Assembly: GCA_027331445.1 (NCBI GenBank)
Contig: DAHWUD010000002.1
Location: 13,018 to 77,017 of the forward strand
Direction: 5' to 3'
Source: Candidatus Amesbacteria bacterium
GTDB lineage: Bacteria; Patescibacteriota; Microgenomatia; CAZETR01; Amesbacteraceae
DNA length: 64,000 nucleotides
The position numbers and the translations under genes were made by a program. Below the pieces are notes generated by a model that made no database searches, was not told where the DNA came from, and was given only the letters and a program-made list of their open reading frames with translations. Shown here one piece after another: positions 41,937 through 50,561 of the stretch (within the stretch, counting starts at the first letter, position 1; the number at the start of each line of letters is the position of its first letter).

Positions 41937-42179
41937 CTACATCTTTAAGTTATATCCTCCCCTCAAAAACGCCTCCAGGCCTCTTTTTTCCTGGCTTTCA
42001 GTCAGTTTATACGCTTTAGTATTTTTGGCCTTTTCAAATACTTCCGCCCTGGCCAGATTTTCCGCCGTCAAAATCTCCTCCGACCCTCGAAATTCCAGTT
42101 TCAAATCTCTGAACTCCGGCCGTTCATTAATTTCCTCCGCCATGGCCCGGGCCCTGGGAATATGCACCCCCACCGTCAC
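41937..42179 (-). CDS. Hypothetical small protein
   Basis: 80 aa charged ORF between the two paralogs. Confidence 0.25.
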   Translation of the reverse strand: MTVGVHIPRARAMAEEINERPEFRDLKLEFRGSEEILTAENLARAEVFEKAKNTKAYKLTESQEKRGLEAFLRGGYNLKM

Positions 42180-42193
42180 GAAAATCAGCCTGT

Positions 42194-42646
42194 TTATTCC
42201 TCTGCCCTTACCGCCTCTTTCATTGATTGTTGTAAATCGTCCATTGTGTGTAGGTTACTGGGATACGTATATACCAGCCCTTCTTCATCAATAACTTTTC
42301 CCCTTTTCCCCATCTCTTCTATAATTTTGGCTTTCAAAACCTCCCCTTCCGTAATCCGCGCCTCCATGTCCTTTAAATAGGGCGGATATCCTGCCGCCAG
42401 ATATATCGCTGCCACTTCATCCTTTTTTTGCAAAAATAGTACCGCCGCCGCTTCGGCGTTTATTTCCCCTCCGCCGTATCTCACTCCCGCGTCTTCCGGG
42501 TCCGCATCAGTGATTACTCCGGTATGTCTGGGCCGGTCACCTCTTAAATCCATTTTTTCAAATAGCCCTGTCGGTTCCCATTTTGCCGAATTTTCATTCC
42601 ACCCGATTCCCCTCCCCAATAACACAATCACCGCTTTCTCGTCCAT
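42194..42646 (-). CDS. Hypothetical protein (DUF218/YdcF-like pattern possible)
   Basis: 150 aa. N-terminal VIVLLGRGIG. Paralog of 40885..41874. Confidence 0.4.
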   Translation of the reverse strand: MDEKAVIVLLGRGIGWNENSAKWEPTGLFEKMDLRGDRPRHTGVITDADPEDAGVRYGGGEINAEAAAVLFLQKKDEVAAIYLAAGYPPYLKDMEARITEGEVLKAKIIEEMGKRGKVIDEEGLVYTYPSNLHTMDDLQQSMKEAVRAEE

Positions 42647-42655
42647 ACAATTATT

Positions 42656-43003
42656 TTATCTCACCTTACTTCCAACCGGTAACCCCTCCGCCGACACAAA
42701 CACCGGTTTTACGTTTCCGTGTTCCCCAAATGGCAATTCCAAACCATCGACAGCCAATATCATCCCCTGCGATTCTTCGTCCATCATCCTGCGGTATTCC
42801 AGATTGGTCACAAACAAAAATTTTTTATTCAGAAAATCTTCCGGTGTATAGCCGTAATTTCTTACCCCGGTAAATATTACTCTCTTTTCCGTGCCAAAAT
42901 CCACCATTAATCTGATTAATTTTTCTGATCCTTCTTTATTCACTGCCTCCGCTACCAAACCGACTCTTATTTCAATCTTGGAAAAATCATCAATAGTGAT
43001 CAT
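42656..43003 (-). CDS. tRNA-binding protein (CsaA/Trbp111-type OB-fold EMAP domain)
   Basis: 115 aa. DFSKIEIRVGLV motif characteristic of the MetRS C-terminal/CsaA tRNA-binding domain. Confidence 0.75.
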   Translation of the reverse strand: MITIDDFSKIEIRVGLVAEAVNKEGSEKLIRLMVDFGTEKRVIFTGVRNYGYTPEDFLNKKFLFVTNLEYRRMMDEESQGMILAVDGLELPFGEHGNVKPVFVSAEGLPVGSKVR

Positions 43004-43048
43004 AAATTTTATTATAGCTCACCCCAGAGGAGAGTTATAATATCCCTT

Positions 43049-43786
43049 ATGAAAGCCTTTATTGTTGCTGCCGGCTTGGGCACCCGCCTCCGCCCTCTGA
43101 CAGATACTGTTCCCAAATGCATGATTGATATCGGCGGCAAACCCCTCCTCTGGTACCACATCCGGCAACTGAAATATTACGGAATTACCGACATTTGGGT
43201 TAACACCCATTGGCTGTCCGACCAGGTCGTTTCCTATTTCGGCAACGGCGCCAAATTCGGAGTTCACATCCGCTACTCCTATGAAAAAAAGTTGTTGGGC
43301 ACTGCGGGCGCCCTCAAAAATCCCCGTTCCGGCATCTGCAAAGCCTTCCAAAAAAGTCCATTCCTGGTCGTCTATGGCGATAATCTTACTAACTTCAATT
43401 ATTTAAATTTCATCAAGTTTCACCGGCAAAATTCCGCGGCCATGACCATCGCGGTTGATCATAGTTCTGAGCCCTGGACCAAAGGCGTCATCGAAGCCAA
43501 ACTTAGCGGCCGCATCATCAACCTGGTAGAAAAACCTCCCGAAAACGAAATTAAATCCGATCTCACCAACACCGGAATTTATCTTTGCGAGCCGCAGGTT
43601 TTGAATTACATCCCCGAAGGGTTTTCCGATTTTGCCAAAGATATTATTCCTGCCCTGATGGCCAAAAACCTGCCCCTGTACTCATATATTATGTCCGGAG
43701 ATCTTTACCTTCAGGACACCGGCACCCCTGAGCGTTACCAAATAGCCCGGGGGGGCTTTCCCTCTATCAAATTCCCCTTTAAGTAA
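43049..43786 (+). CDS. Sugar-phosphate nucleotidyltransferase (NTP_transferase family; candidate heptose-1-phosphate guanylyl/adenylyltransferase)
   Basis: 245 aa. AAGLGTRLRPLT signature. Substrate assignment is an inference from the dispersed heptose pathway genes. Confidence 0.8.
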   Translation: MKAFIVAAGLGTRLRPLTDTVPKCMIDIGGKPLLWYHIRQLKYYGITDIWVNTHWLSDQVVSYFGNGAKFGVHIRYSYEKKLLGTAGALKNPRSGICKAFQKSPFLVVYGDNLTNFNYLNFIKFHRQNSAAMTIAVDHSSEPWTKGVIEAKLSGRIINLVEKPPENEIKSDLTNTGIYLCEPQVLNYIPEGFSDFAKDIIPALMAKNLPLYSYIMSGDLYLQDTGTPERYQIARGGFPSIKFPFK

Positions 43787-43898
43787 CTCCCCCTTCCCCC
43801 CTCTTACTGCGAACGAAGTGAGAAGCGAAAAAAGAAAAAATTTTTCGGATTAAGAGGGGGTGCCGTAAGGCAAGGGCGTTATTGACAACTTCGCTTTC

Positions 43899-43923
43899 AT
43901 GTTATAACATCGTCATAACATGA
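43899..43923 (+). promoter_or_regulatory. Palindromic operator (ATGTTATAACAT) overlapping the antitoxin start, downstream of a TTGACA -35 element
   Basis: Perfect 12 bp palindrome at 43899-43910, with ATAACAT repeated at 43914-43920. TTGACA at 43882-43887. Confidence 0.4.
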
Positions 43924-44165
43924 GCATCCAAACTATCTTCCAGGCGGGCAACAGTAAAGTCATTTCCATACCGCCTCAAATCCTTACCGATCTAAATATT
44001 TCCATTGGAGACAAAGTTGAAGTAGAAAAAATCTCAAACGATACTCTCACTATCAAAAAACACTCTGCAACAAAAATCACCAAAGCCAAACGGGATTTTC
44101 AAAAATGGTTGGATGTATTTATGGATGAAAATGGAGATGCTTTAGATGAATTGGCAAAGCGTTGA
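43920..44165 (+). CDS. AbrB/MazE/SpoVT-type antitoxin
   Basis: 81 aa. N-terminal swapped-hairpin beta-barrel pattern (QAGNSKVISIPPQILTDLNISIGDKVEV). Overlaps the Doc gene by 20 nt. Confidence 0.7.
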   Translation: MSIQTIFQAGNSKVISIPPQILTDLNISIGDKVEVEKISNDTLTIKKHSATKITKAKRDFQKWLDVFMDENGDALDELAKR

Positions 44166-44538
44166 TATCGAAGTCGCCTACGTTATTCATGAGAAGATTA
44201 TTTCCCGTGCCAAAACCATTGCCTCAGTTAGAGATTTTTCTCTGCTCCACTCCGCTCTGGAAAGACCAAGGGCCACTTTTCAGGGAAAAGATTTATACCC
44301 GACTATTTTTTCTAAAGCCGCTGCTCTCCTCCAATCCCTCTGTCAAAATCGTCCATTCACCGATGGTAATAAGCGTACTGCCTGGGCAGTAACTCACAAA
44401 TTTCTTTGGGACAATAACTACCACCTAAGGGCAAGCAAAAATGAAATAGTAAACTTCATGCTGTCTGTCGACAACCAAAAACCCGGCCTCAAAAGCATCT
44501 CCTCCTGGCTCAAATCCCACTGCACCAACATTAAATAA
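44146..44538 (+). CDS. Doc (death-on-curing) family toxin, Fic-motif His replaced by Arg (RPFTDGNKRT)
   Basis: 130 aa. Doc motif xPFxDGNKRTA is present, but codon cgt (R) sits where the catalytic H (cat) is expected. Confidence 0.8.
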   Translation: MNWQSVDIEVAYVIHEKIISRAKTIASVRDFSLLHSALERPRATFQGKDLYPTIFSKAAALLQSLCQNRPFTDGNKRTAWAVTHKFLWDNNYHLRASKNEIVNFMLSVDNQKPGLKSISSWLKSHCTNIK

Positions 44539-45985
44539 GTCCCATTTTCTTCTTCACTTCCGCCACAGTTTCGCTGGCAATTTTTCTGGCTTTCTCCGCT
44601 CCCTCCGAAATTACTTTTTCCACTACCTCATCCGTAATCTGATTACGCTTTTCTTGGATCGGTTTCAGATCTGCAAAGATTGCCCCCGCTAGTTCCTGTT
44701 TCATTTCAAAATACCGTAGCTTCCCCTGTCCGTACAAACCCGCATAATATTCCAGTCTTTCCGGTTTATATAATTCCGTAAACTTAAACAGGTTAGCCAC
44801 CGGCCCTTCTTTAGGTACTTCCCCCGGCCCTCCGGCATCGGTCGGAGTTTTAGCCAGTTTTGCCGTAATCGTTTGTAGATCATCTGTTAACGATATATAA
44901 CTTCCTTCCACAGATTTGCTCATTTTTCCTTCCCCTGTCAGGCTTGGTACATATTCCCCCTTAGTCGCAAACCGCTGCGGTTCAGGAAAATCCGTACCGT
45001 ATTCCTGATTCATCCGTCTGGCAATTTCCCGGGTTACTTCGATATGCGGTTCCTGATCAATCCCGACCGGTACCAACTCGCCTTTGTATACCAGAATATC
45101 CGCCGCCATCAATACCGGATAATTTAGTAGCGCCATCGTACTATGCTCCGGATATTGTTTAACCTTTTCCTTAAATGTTGGTAAATGGGTCATTTTGGCA
45201 ATCGTCGTAACTGTAGAAAATAAATATGCCAGTTCTATGTGTTCCGGTACTCTCGACTGCACGGTCAATATGGATTTATCGGGATCCAGCCCGACCGCCA
45301 GATAATCCCGCATCACGTTTTTTATGTTTTCCTGATATGCAGTATTGTCATAGGGTGTAGTTATCCCATGCAGATCTACCACCATAAAAATGGTTTCAAA
45401 CTTGGGATCATTTTGCAATGCCAGCATTCCCTTAGCACTCCCCAAATAATTTCCCAAATGCAGTCTCCCCGTCGGCCTCATTCCGGCAAATATTCTTCTC
45501 CTTCGATTGACATCGACTCCCACAGCCTGTGTAATGTCAGCCACCAGGCTGTCAGGAATTTTTTTCAAATCTTCGGTTTTATATTTTATGGTCAATGTGA
45601 AACTCCCGGTTCCCCCGTTCAGAAATTCTTTTTCAAAAACATTTTTATCCAAAACCGTAACCAGTCCTGGGTTAAATACCCGGGCTGCTCCCACGGGTAC
45701 CCCGGTCACTTCTTCAAATTCCTCTTTATTCGCCATTCTCAAGCTGTCTGCTCCCAGCACCTTTTTTAATTTTGCTGAATCCAGCCTGGTATCGCCCCTT
45801 TTAAGAATTGCCACGAATTTATCCCCGGCTTTCATGATCAGAGTCGGCACGCTGCCCGAGATATCATCCCCCAGAAAAGCCTGCACCTTTTCCGCATCTA
45901 CCAAATGCGGATGTTTTAAAATCTGGTGTTCAATCCCCAGCTCTTTCAATTGCTCAGAGTAGTTTTGTACATTTTCATCAGTCAT
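44531..45985 (-). CDS. trpS: Tryptophan--tRNA ligase fused to an N-terminal YbaK/ProX-like aminoacyl-tRNA deacylase domain
   Basis: 484 aa. The C-terminal ~330 aa has HIGH-type PTGRLHLGNYLG, VPVGIDQEPHIE and KMSKS. The N-terminal ~150 aa has the YbaK/ProX pattern (TGVPVGAARVF, conserved Lys). Confidence 0.85.
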   Translation of the reverse strand: MTDENVQNYSEQLKELGIEHQILKHPHLVDAEKVQAFLGDDISGSVPTLIMKAGDKFVAILKRGDTRLDSAKLKKVLGADSLRMANKEEFEEVTGVPVGAARVFNPGLVTVLDKNVFEKEFLNGGTGSFTLTIKYKTEDLKKIPDSLVADITQAVGVDVNRRRRIFAGMRPTGRLHLGNYLGSAKGMLALQNDPKFETIFMVVDLHGITTPYDNTAYQENIKNVMRDYLAVGLDPDKSILTVQSRVPEHIELAYLFSTVTTIAKMTHLPTFKEKVKQYPEHSTMALLNYPVLMAADILVYKGELVPVGIDQEPHIEVTREIARRMNQEYGTDFPEPQRFATKGEYVPSLTGEGKMSKSVEGSYISLTDDLQTITAKLAKTPTDAGGPGEVPKEGPVANLFKFTELYKPERLEYYAGLYGQGKLRYFEMKQELAGAIFADLKPIQEKRNQITDEVVEKVISEGAEKARKIASETVAEVKKKMGLI

Positions 45986-46620
45986 ATTTTTATTTTCCTC
46001 TCTTTTCCCAAATTATACATACTAAATCTGAATCCGCCAAAATAATCATAAAACTTTTCTGATCCGGTAAAATAATTTCTTATTAATTTTGGTTGGTCCT
46101 TGATACCTGGATCTTTAAGATAAGTCTCCATAATTTTCATAAAAAAACTATGTGAAACCAAAACCATATTTTCCGCCTTTTCATTCTCAATAAAATTCAG
46201 CACCGATTCAGCTCTAGAAATTATGCTTTGCAACGATTCTGTTATTTCTCCTGCCATTAATTTTTTCACAAACAATTTCCTGGCCAGATCAACCTGCGGC
46301 CTACCATTCTTAAAAAATTCTTTTTTGGAAATAATTTCCTTCATTGAAAATGAGATTTCTCCCAGTCCAGGAAGTGTCACCAATTTATTTTTTGAAATCA
46401 TCTTTGCCGTCTGAACACACCTTAACTCTAACGCACTCACCACCAGTTCACACCCCTTAAATTCACTGGGAAATTTAACCTCAAACATGGCCAAAGCTTC
46501 AGGCTTTAATTCCAATTTATCTCCTCCCTCAGCCATTTTCTCAAAGCTTTCATACAAATCACTCCCCAACGATGAATCATCATATGGTCCACATCTTGCC
46601 ATAAATATTCTTTTTTTCAT
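45982..46620 (-). CDS. Histidine phosphatase superfamily-like protein (RHG motif replaced by RCG)
   Basis: 212 aa. N-terminal ARCGPYDD where RHG is expected, plus LVSHSFF (SH motif). Overlaps trpS by 4 nt. Confidence 0.5.
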   Translation of the reverse strand: MKKRIFMARCGPYDDSSLGSDLYESFEKMAEGGDKLELKPEALAMFEVKFPSEFKGCELVVSALELRCVQTAKMISKNKLVTLPGLGEISFSMKEIISKKEFFKNGRPQVDLARKLFVKKLMAGEITESLQSIISRAESVLNFIENEKAENMVLVSHSFFMKIMETYLKDPGIKDQPKLIRNYFTGSEKFYDYFGGFRFSMYNLGKERKIKI

Positions 46621-47639
46621 TTTATTTCCCTCACTACTTCTGATCCTAAAACCGGAATAACTTTATTATCACTGTCATCAATAAATATTTCTTTATGAAC
46701 ATTAATTGCCGCATTAAAATATTCTCTGTTTGGAGTTCTGTAGTTCAACACCCCATTAACTTTCCCGCCAGTTTTTAACATCCTCCCCATGGCTGCATAC
46801 TGTGCCGCATATCTTACCGACAATTCCAAATCCTTTTCCTGCCTTCCCAAAATCTGGGTATGTCTGGCTGCCCGTCGACTTGACACATCTTCAATCATTT
46901 GGCCAAACGCCTTATCTTTTTTCATAACCAGTCTGATTTTCTCCTCAAACTCTTTCTGAATGGTATAAAAGTTATCTCCAAATTTCTCAGTAAAAGTCAT
47001 TACTTTAACCTCCGGAAAATTTATTAGTTCATCTGCAATCATATCTCTGGACAACCTGCATCGCCTCAAATATTTATTTTCATCTCCCCCAGCACAAGAT
47101 TGGATTATCTCCGGAATATCTGTTTCTGTATCTGCCACCAATATTTCCACATTTGTTTTTATCTTCACTTTTTCCAATATTGGTATTAAGGCCTTCACTG
47201 CCTCTATTCCCCCTTTAGCCTCTGGACTAATCCCTTCTCCCATCTGCCGGTAAAAATTCTCTCCTTTCCCATAATCCGGACAAACCGGCACTATCAAACA
47301 AATTTCCCGCCCAATCAAACCCTCCGTTAATATTTCTACAAATTCGTCACACTCACTCCTCCTTTCAGGCAATTTTATTGCATCAGAATTATACCTTATC
47401 TCCTTCAAAACCTGATTTAATTTCATCGCCATTTGAAAAGTCCTCTCGCTAAATTCCAGATTTCCCTGATTATTAATTAATTCATCAGGATATCTTGATC
47501 TAATGCTTCTATGAAGTGAACGGGATAACGCCTTCGCGGCCTCGTCTGAATAGCCTTCGATCTTAAATAGCTGCGTAAAACCATGATAAATCAGTCCTAT
47601 TCGAACTTCACTTTGTCCATAGTTAATTTCTTTAAACAT
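46617..47639 (-). CDS. Hypothetical protein (conserved-looking CLIVPVCPDYGKGENFY segment)
   Basis: 340 aa. First gene of the trpS operon, with 4 nt overlaps. No confident family assignment. Confidence 0.5.
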   Translation of the reverse strand: MFKEINYGQSEVRIGLIYHGFTQLFKIEGYSDEAAKALSRSLHRSIRSRYPDELINNQGNLEFSERTFQMAMKLNQVLKEIRYNSDAIKLPERRSECDEFVEILTEGLIGREICLIVPVCPDYGKGENFYRQMGEGISPEAKGGIEAVKALIPILEKVKIKTNVEILVADTETDIPEIIQSCAGGDENKYLRRCRLSRDMIADELINFPEVKVMTFTEKFGDNFYTIQKEFEEKIRLVMKKDKAFGQMIEDVSSRRAARHTQILGRQEKDLELSVRYAAQYAAMGRMLKTGGKVNGVLNYRTPNREYFNAAINVHKEIFIDDSDNKVIPVLGSEVVREIK

Positions 47640-47912
47640 AAAAAATGCCCTCGCAAATCCCCGACTTCAATTAATTAAAGTCAGGTATTTACAAGGGCTC
47701 AATTAGGGTGGTGCCACCTTGTTTCATCGGCCCTTAACGCTAAAAAATCCCCTTTCGGGGACACAAGCACCAAGAGCAAATCTCTTTATGCGAGCTCCGT
47801 TTCCGACACTCGTTGCCATCTTTTACGGTTTTGCCTCCGGCGCATATTTTTGCGCAGCTTGCCCACCTCGGTGGGCGATCCGGTTCCAACCCTCCGGATC
47901 AACGCTTTTCTA

Positions 47913-47938
47913 AATTGTGAAACAATTATATCACAATT
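47913..47938 (+). promoter_or_regulatory. Inverted repeat AATTGTGA-N10-TCACAATT overlapping the putative promoter of the metal ABC transporter operon
   Basis: 8 bp perfect inverted repeat arms 17 nt upstream of the znuC-like ATG. TATAAT at 47943-47948. Confidence 0.35.
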
Positions 47939-47954
47939 CCTCTATAATTTACTC

Positions 47955-48647
47955 ATGCCTATTCTTACCGTCACCGATCTGACAGTCGAGCTCAACCACC
48001 AGATTATTCTTGACCATCTGAATTTTTCTCTGGAACCGGGGCAGACTTTGGCCGTCATTGGTCCCAACGGCGCCGGTAAAACCGTTCTTTTCAAGGCCCT
48101 GTTGGGCCTCATTCCCTACTCCGGGCAAGTCACTTGGGGCCAAGACATAAAAATCGGCTACGTCCCCCAGCGTTTCTCCGTCGAAACCGACCTTCCGCTG
48201 ACCGTCGCCGAATTTTTCTCCTTCAAGTCCGCCACCCCCGATCAGATTACTCATTCTCTCAATCATGTCGGCTTTGCCTCCCCAGCGGACATTCTGAGGC
48301 TCAGACTTGGCACTTTATCCGGCGGCCAGCTGCAGCGGGTTCTCATCGCCTGGTCTCTGGCCGGAATTCCCAACGTCCTGCTCTTCGACGAACCCACCAC
48401 CGGGGTGGATATCTCCGCCGAAGAATCCATCTACAACCTCCTCCACCGTCTGCAAACTGACCACCACCTCACTATGTTGTTAATCTCTCACGACCTGCAG
48501 GTCGTCTATCGCTATGCCGACCATGTCCTTTGCCTCAACAAGGAAGGCCTTTGTTTTGGTCCGCCCAAAACTGCCCTCACCCCCAAGACTCTCTCCGAAC
48601 TCTTCGGTGAAAGCGCCTCTATTTACCATCACCAGCACCAGGTATGA
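47955..48647 (+). CDS. Metal (Zn/Mn-type) ABC transporter ATP-binding protein
   Basis: Walker A GPNGAGKT, signature LSGGQLQRV, Walker B LLFDEPT. Start set at MPILTVTDL. ZnuC/MntB-like size. Confidence 0.8.
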   Translation: MPILTVTDLTVELNHQIILDHLNFSLEPGQTLAVIGPNGAGKTVLFKALLGLIPYSGQVTWGQDIKIGYVPQRFSVETDLPLTVAEFFSFKSATPDQITHSLNHVGFASPADILRLRLGTLSGGQLQRVLIAWSLAGIPNVLLFDEPTTGVDISAEESIYNLLHRLQTDHHLTMLLISHDLQVVYRYADHVLCLNKEGLCFGPPKTALTPKTLSELFGESASIYHHQHQV

Positions 48648-49417
48648 CCGCCTCTCTGTTATTTCTGCTCCTCACCGGGGCCGCCGTCGGCGCCGCCGCC
48701 GGCTATCTGGGCTCGTTCATGATCTTAAAGCGTATGTCACTGGTGGGCGATGCTCTCTCCCATGTCGCCCTCCCGGGCATGGCAATAGCCATCATGTGGC
48801 ATACCAGCCCCATTATTGGCGCCTTAGCCGCCCTCACCCTGGCCGTGATCGGCATTTGGCATCTGCAAAACCATTCTTCCGTTTACCCCGACGCACTCGT
48901 GGGCATTTTCTTCACCGCCAGTCTGTCTATCGGCATCCTCATCACGCCCCAACCGGACCTTCTCGAAGCTTTGTTTGGCGATCTGGCCACTATTTCCGTC
49001 CCGGAAAGCCTGCTCGCCGTCTTTTTTTCCCTCGTCCTCATCGCTGTCACCTACATTATTTCCCGTCGCCTGCTTTTGACCACCATCTCCGAGGACTTGG
49101 CCACTACCTCCGGCATCCCCGTCTCCAAAATTAATTTGATTTATTACCTCCTCGTTGGCGCCGTTGTCGCCCTCGGCGTCAAATTCGTCGGCACCCTTTT
49201 AACCGGAGCTTTAGTCATTATTCCTGCTGCTGCCGCTAAAAACTTAAGCCGCAGTCTCACCGCCTATTCCCTGCTCTCAATTTTTTTCGGCTTGGCTTCG
49301 GCTGTAATTGGCGTCCTTATCGCCCGCTCTACCGGTGTCGCCCCGGGCCCCATCGTCGTCTTGACCAGCGTCACCTTCTTCCTTGTCACTCTCGTCCTCA
49401 AATCCCTCTCTCGTTAA
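48644..49417 (+). CDS. Metal ABC transporter permease (ZnuB/MntB family)
   Basis: 257 aa, 8 TM, GDALSH motif typical of the ABC-3 family. 4 nt overlap with the ATPase gene. Confidence 0.8.
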   Translation: MTASLLFLLLTGAAVGAAAGYLGSFMILKRMSLVGDALSHVALPGMAIAIMWHTSPIIGALAALTLAVIGIWHLQNHSSVYPDALVGIFFTASLSIGILITPQPDLLEALFGDLATISVPESLLAVFFSLVLIAVTYIISRRLLLTTISEDLATTSGIPVSKINLIYYLLVGAVVALGVKFVGTLLTGALVIIPAAAAKNLSRSLTAYSLLSIFFGLASAVIGVLIARSTGVAPGPIVVLTSVTFFLVTLVLKSLSR

Positions 49418-49612
49418 TCTCTCCGCAGCATCTCCGTTCCCATCCCAGACCAGACTTCACCCATCCGGCCGTGCAGGCACGGCTAGCAAATTCGCGCGCA
49501 GAGAACCAGCGCGGTGTCGAGTCGAGCACGAACTTGCGCATACCGAACGGCCCACCTCATTTTAGCTTCAAATCCGTGCTATAATTAGGCAGTAAAAAGC
49601 TCCTTTATAATG

Positions 49613-49685
49613 TGCGGGGTAGTGTAGAGTTGCACGGAAGGCTCATAATCTTCCAGACCGGGCGCGCCTCCCGGCCCCGCAACCA
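49613..49685 (+). tRNA. tRNA-Met-like (anticodon CAT) with non-canonical T-loop, CCA encoded
   Basis: TGCGGGG-TA-GTGT-AGAGTT-GCAC-G-GAAGG-CTCATAA-TCTTC-CAGA-CCGGG-CGCGCCT-CCCGG-CCCCGCA-A-CCA. All stems pair. The 3' end is almost identical to E. coli tRNA-fMet (CCGGCCCCCGCAACCA). T-loop CGCGCCT and D-loop without GG are atypical. Confidence 0.6.
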
Positions 49686-49693
49686 AATTAAAA

Positions 49694-49722
49694 AAGACGG
49701 CTATAAGGTCGTCTTTTTTTTT
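49694..49722 (+). terminator. Rho-independent terminator
   Basis: AAGACG-gctataaggt-CGTCTT followed by T9. Confidence 0.6.
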
Positions 49723-49749
49723 GGTCCTCGACAAATATATTGACTACCC

Positions 49750-50463
49750 ATGTTTATCAAGGTCATAATTATGCCTATGCAAAGAAATGGGTTCGTTTTT
49801 TTGATCATCCTATCTATTACAGAAATTCTTCTATTATCAACATTTTTTAACCACCGACAACACACCGCGTCGCCAAATGTCACCAGCCAAACTTTTCCAT
49901 CAACTGTCACCAGCCAAACTTTTCCATCAACTGTAATCGGACCTTCAGCAACACCCCCAGAAGCTAAATCCCAGCCCATTTCCTGGAAAATCTATCATAA
50001 CACTCAATATGGCTATGAGATAAGTTATCCCCAATCCTGGGAACTAACAGAAGCCCAACCACCATCTGCTTCCCCCACATCCCACTGGGCAGGTGATTAC
50101 TTACAACCAGGTGAACTTCAAAAAGTAACTTTTTCCACCACACAGGAAAAAGACGGCGCAGAATACGGCTTCTATTTTGAAGTCAATGTCAGTAGCACCA
50201 CCTTAACAAACTTAAACCAGATAGACATCCTCAATACCGGTGGATCATCTATGGTAAAAAATAGACGATATTTTAAACTTAGTGGCATAGACTCTGTTCA
50301 ACTCTCCGTCTTCGAATTTGACCGCATGGGAGCCCAAATTTATGCTTTTAATCATGGAAACCTATACCAGCTTCATTTCGACGAGGATAACCCCAGTGAT
50401 CCGTGGTTCAGTCTTCACCAGCAAATCTACTCCACCATGGAAAATTCCTTCAGATTTCTATAA
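49750..50463 (+). CDS. Hypothetical membrane-anchored protein with internal 24 bp tandem duplication (start uncertain)
   Basis: N-terminal TM helix, then the repeat VTSQTFPST x2 (49873-49920). The second Met at 49771 is an alternative start. Confidence 0.5.
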   Translation: MFIKVIIMPMQRNGFVFLIILSITEILLLSTFFNHRQHTASPNVTSQTFPSTVTSQTFPSTVIGPSATPPEAKSQPISWKIYHNTQYGYEISYPQSWELTEAQPPSASPTSHWAGDYLQPGELQKVTFSTTQEKDGAEYGFYFEVNVSSTTLTNLNQIDILNTGGSSMVKNRRYFKLSGIDSVQLSVFEFDRMGAQIYAFNHGNLYQLHFDEDNPSDPWFSLHQQIYSTMENSFRFL

Positions 50464-50474
50464 AATCAGGCACT

Positions 50475-50530
50475 GATTTCTTGGAGTCCCCGCAACACAT
50501 ATCAAAAGAGCCTTTAATAAGGCTCTTTTT
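50475..50530 (+). repeat. Intergenic direct repeat, copy 1 (GATTTCTTGGAGTCCCCGCAACACATATCAAAA + terminator hairpin)
   Basis: About 80 percent identical to copy 2 at 51880..51937. Ends in hairpin AGAGCCTT-TAAT-AAGGCTCT + T5. Confidence 0.5.
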
Positions 50531-50561
50531 GTTAATAAATTCCCATTGTATAATTGTATTC

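Noticed and set aside
49861-49920. Perfect 24 bp tandem duplication (tgtcaccagccaaacttttccatcaac x2)
   Set aside because: It is an in-frame coding duplication (VTSQTFPST x2) within the hypothetical protein gene. It is not a CRISPR array or a separate element.
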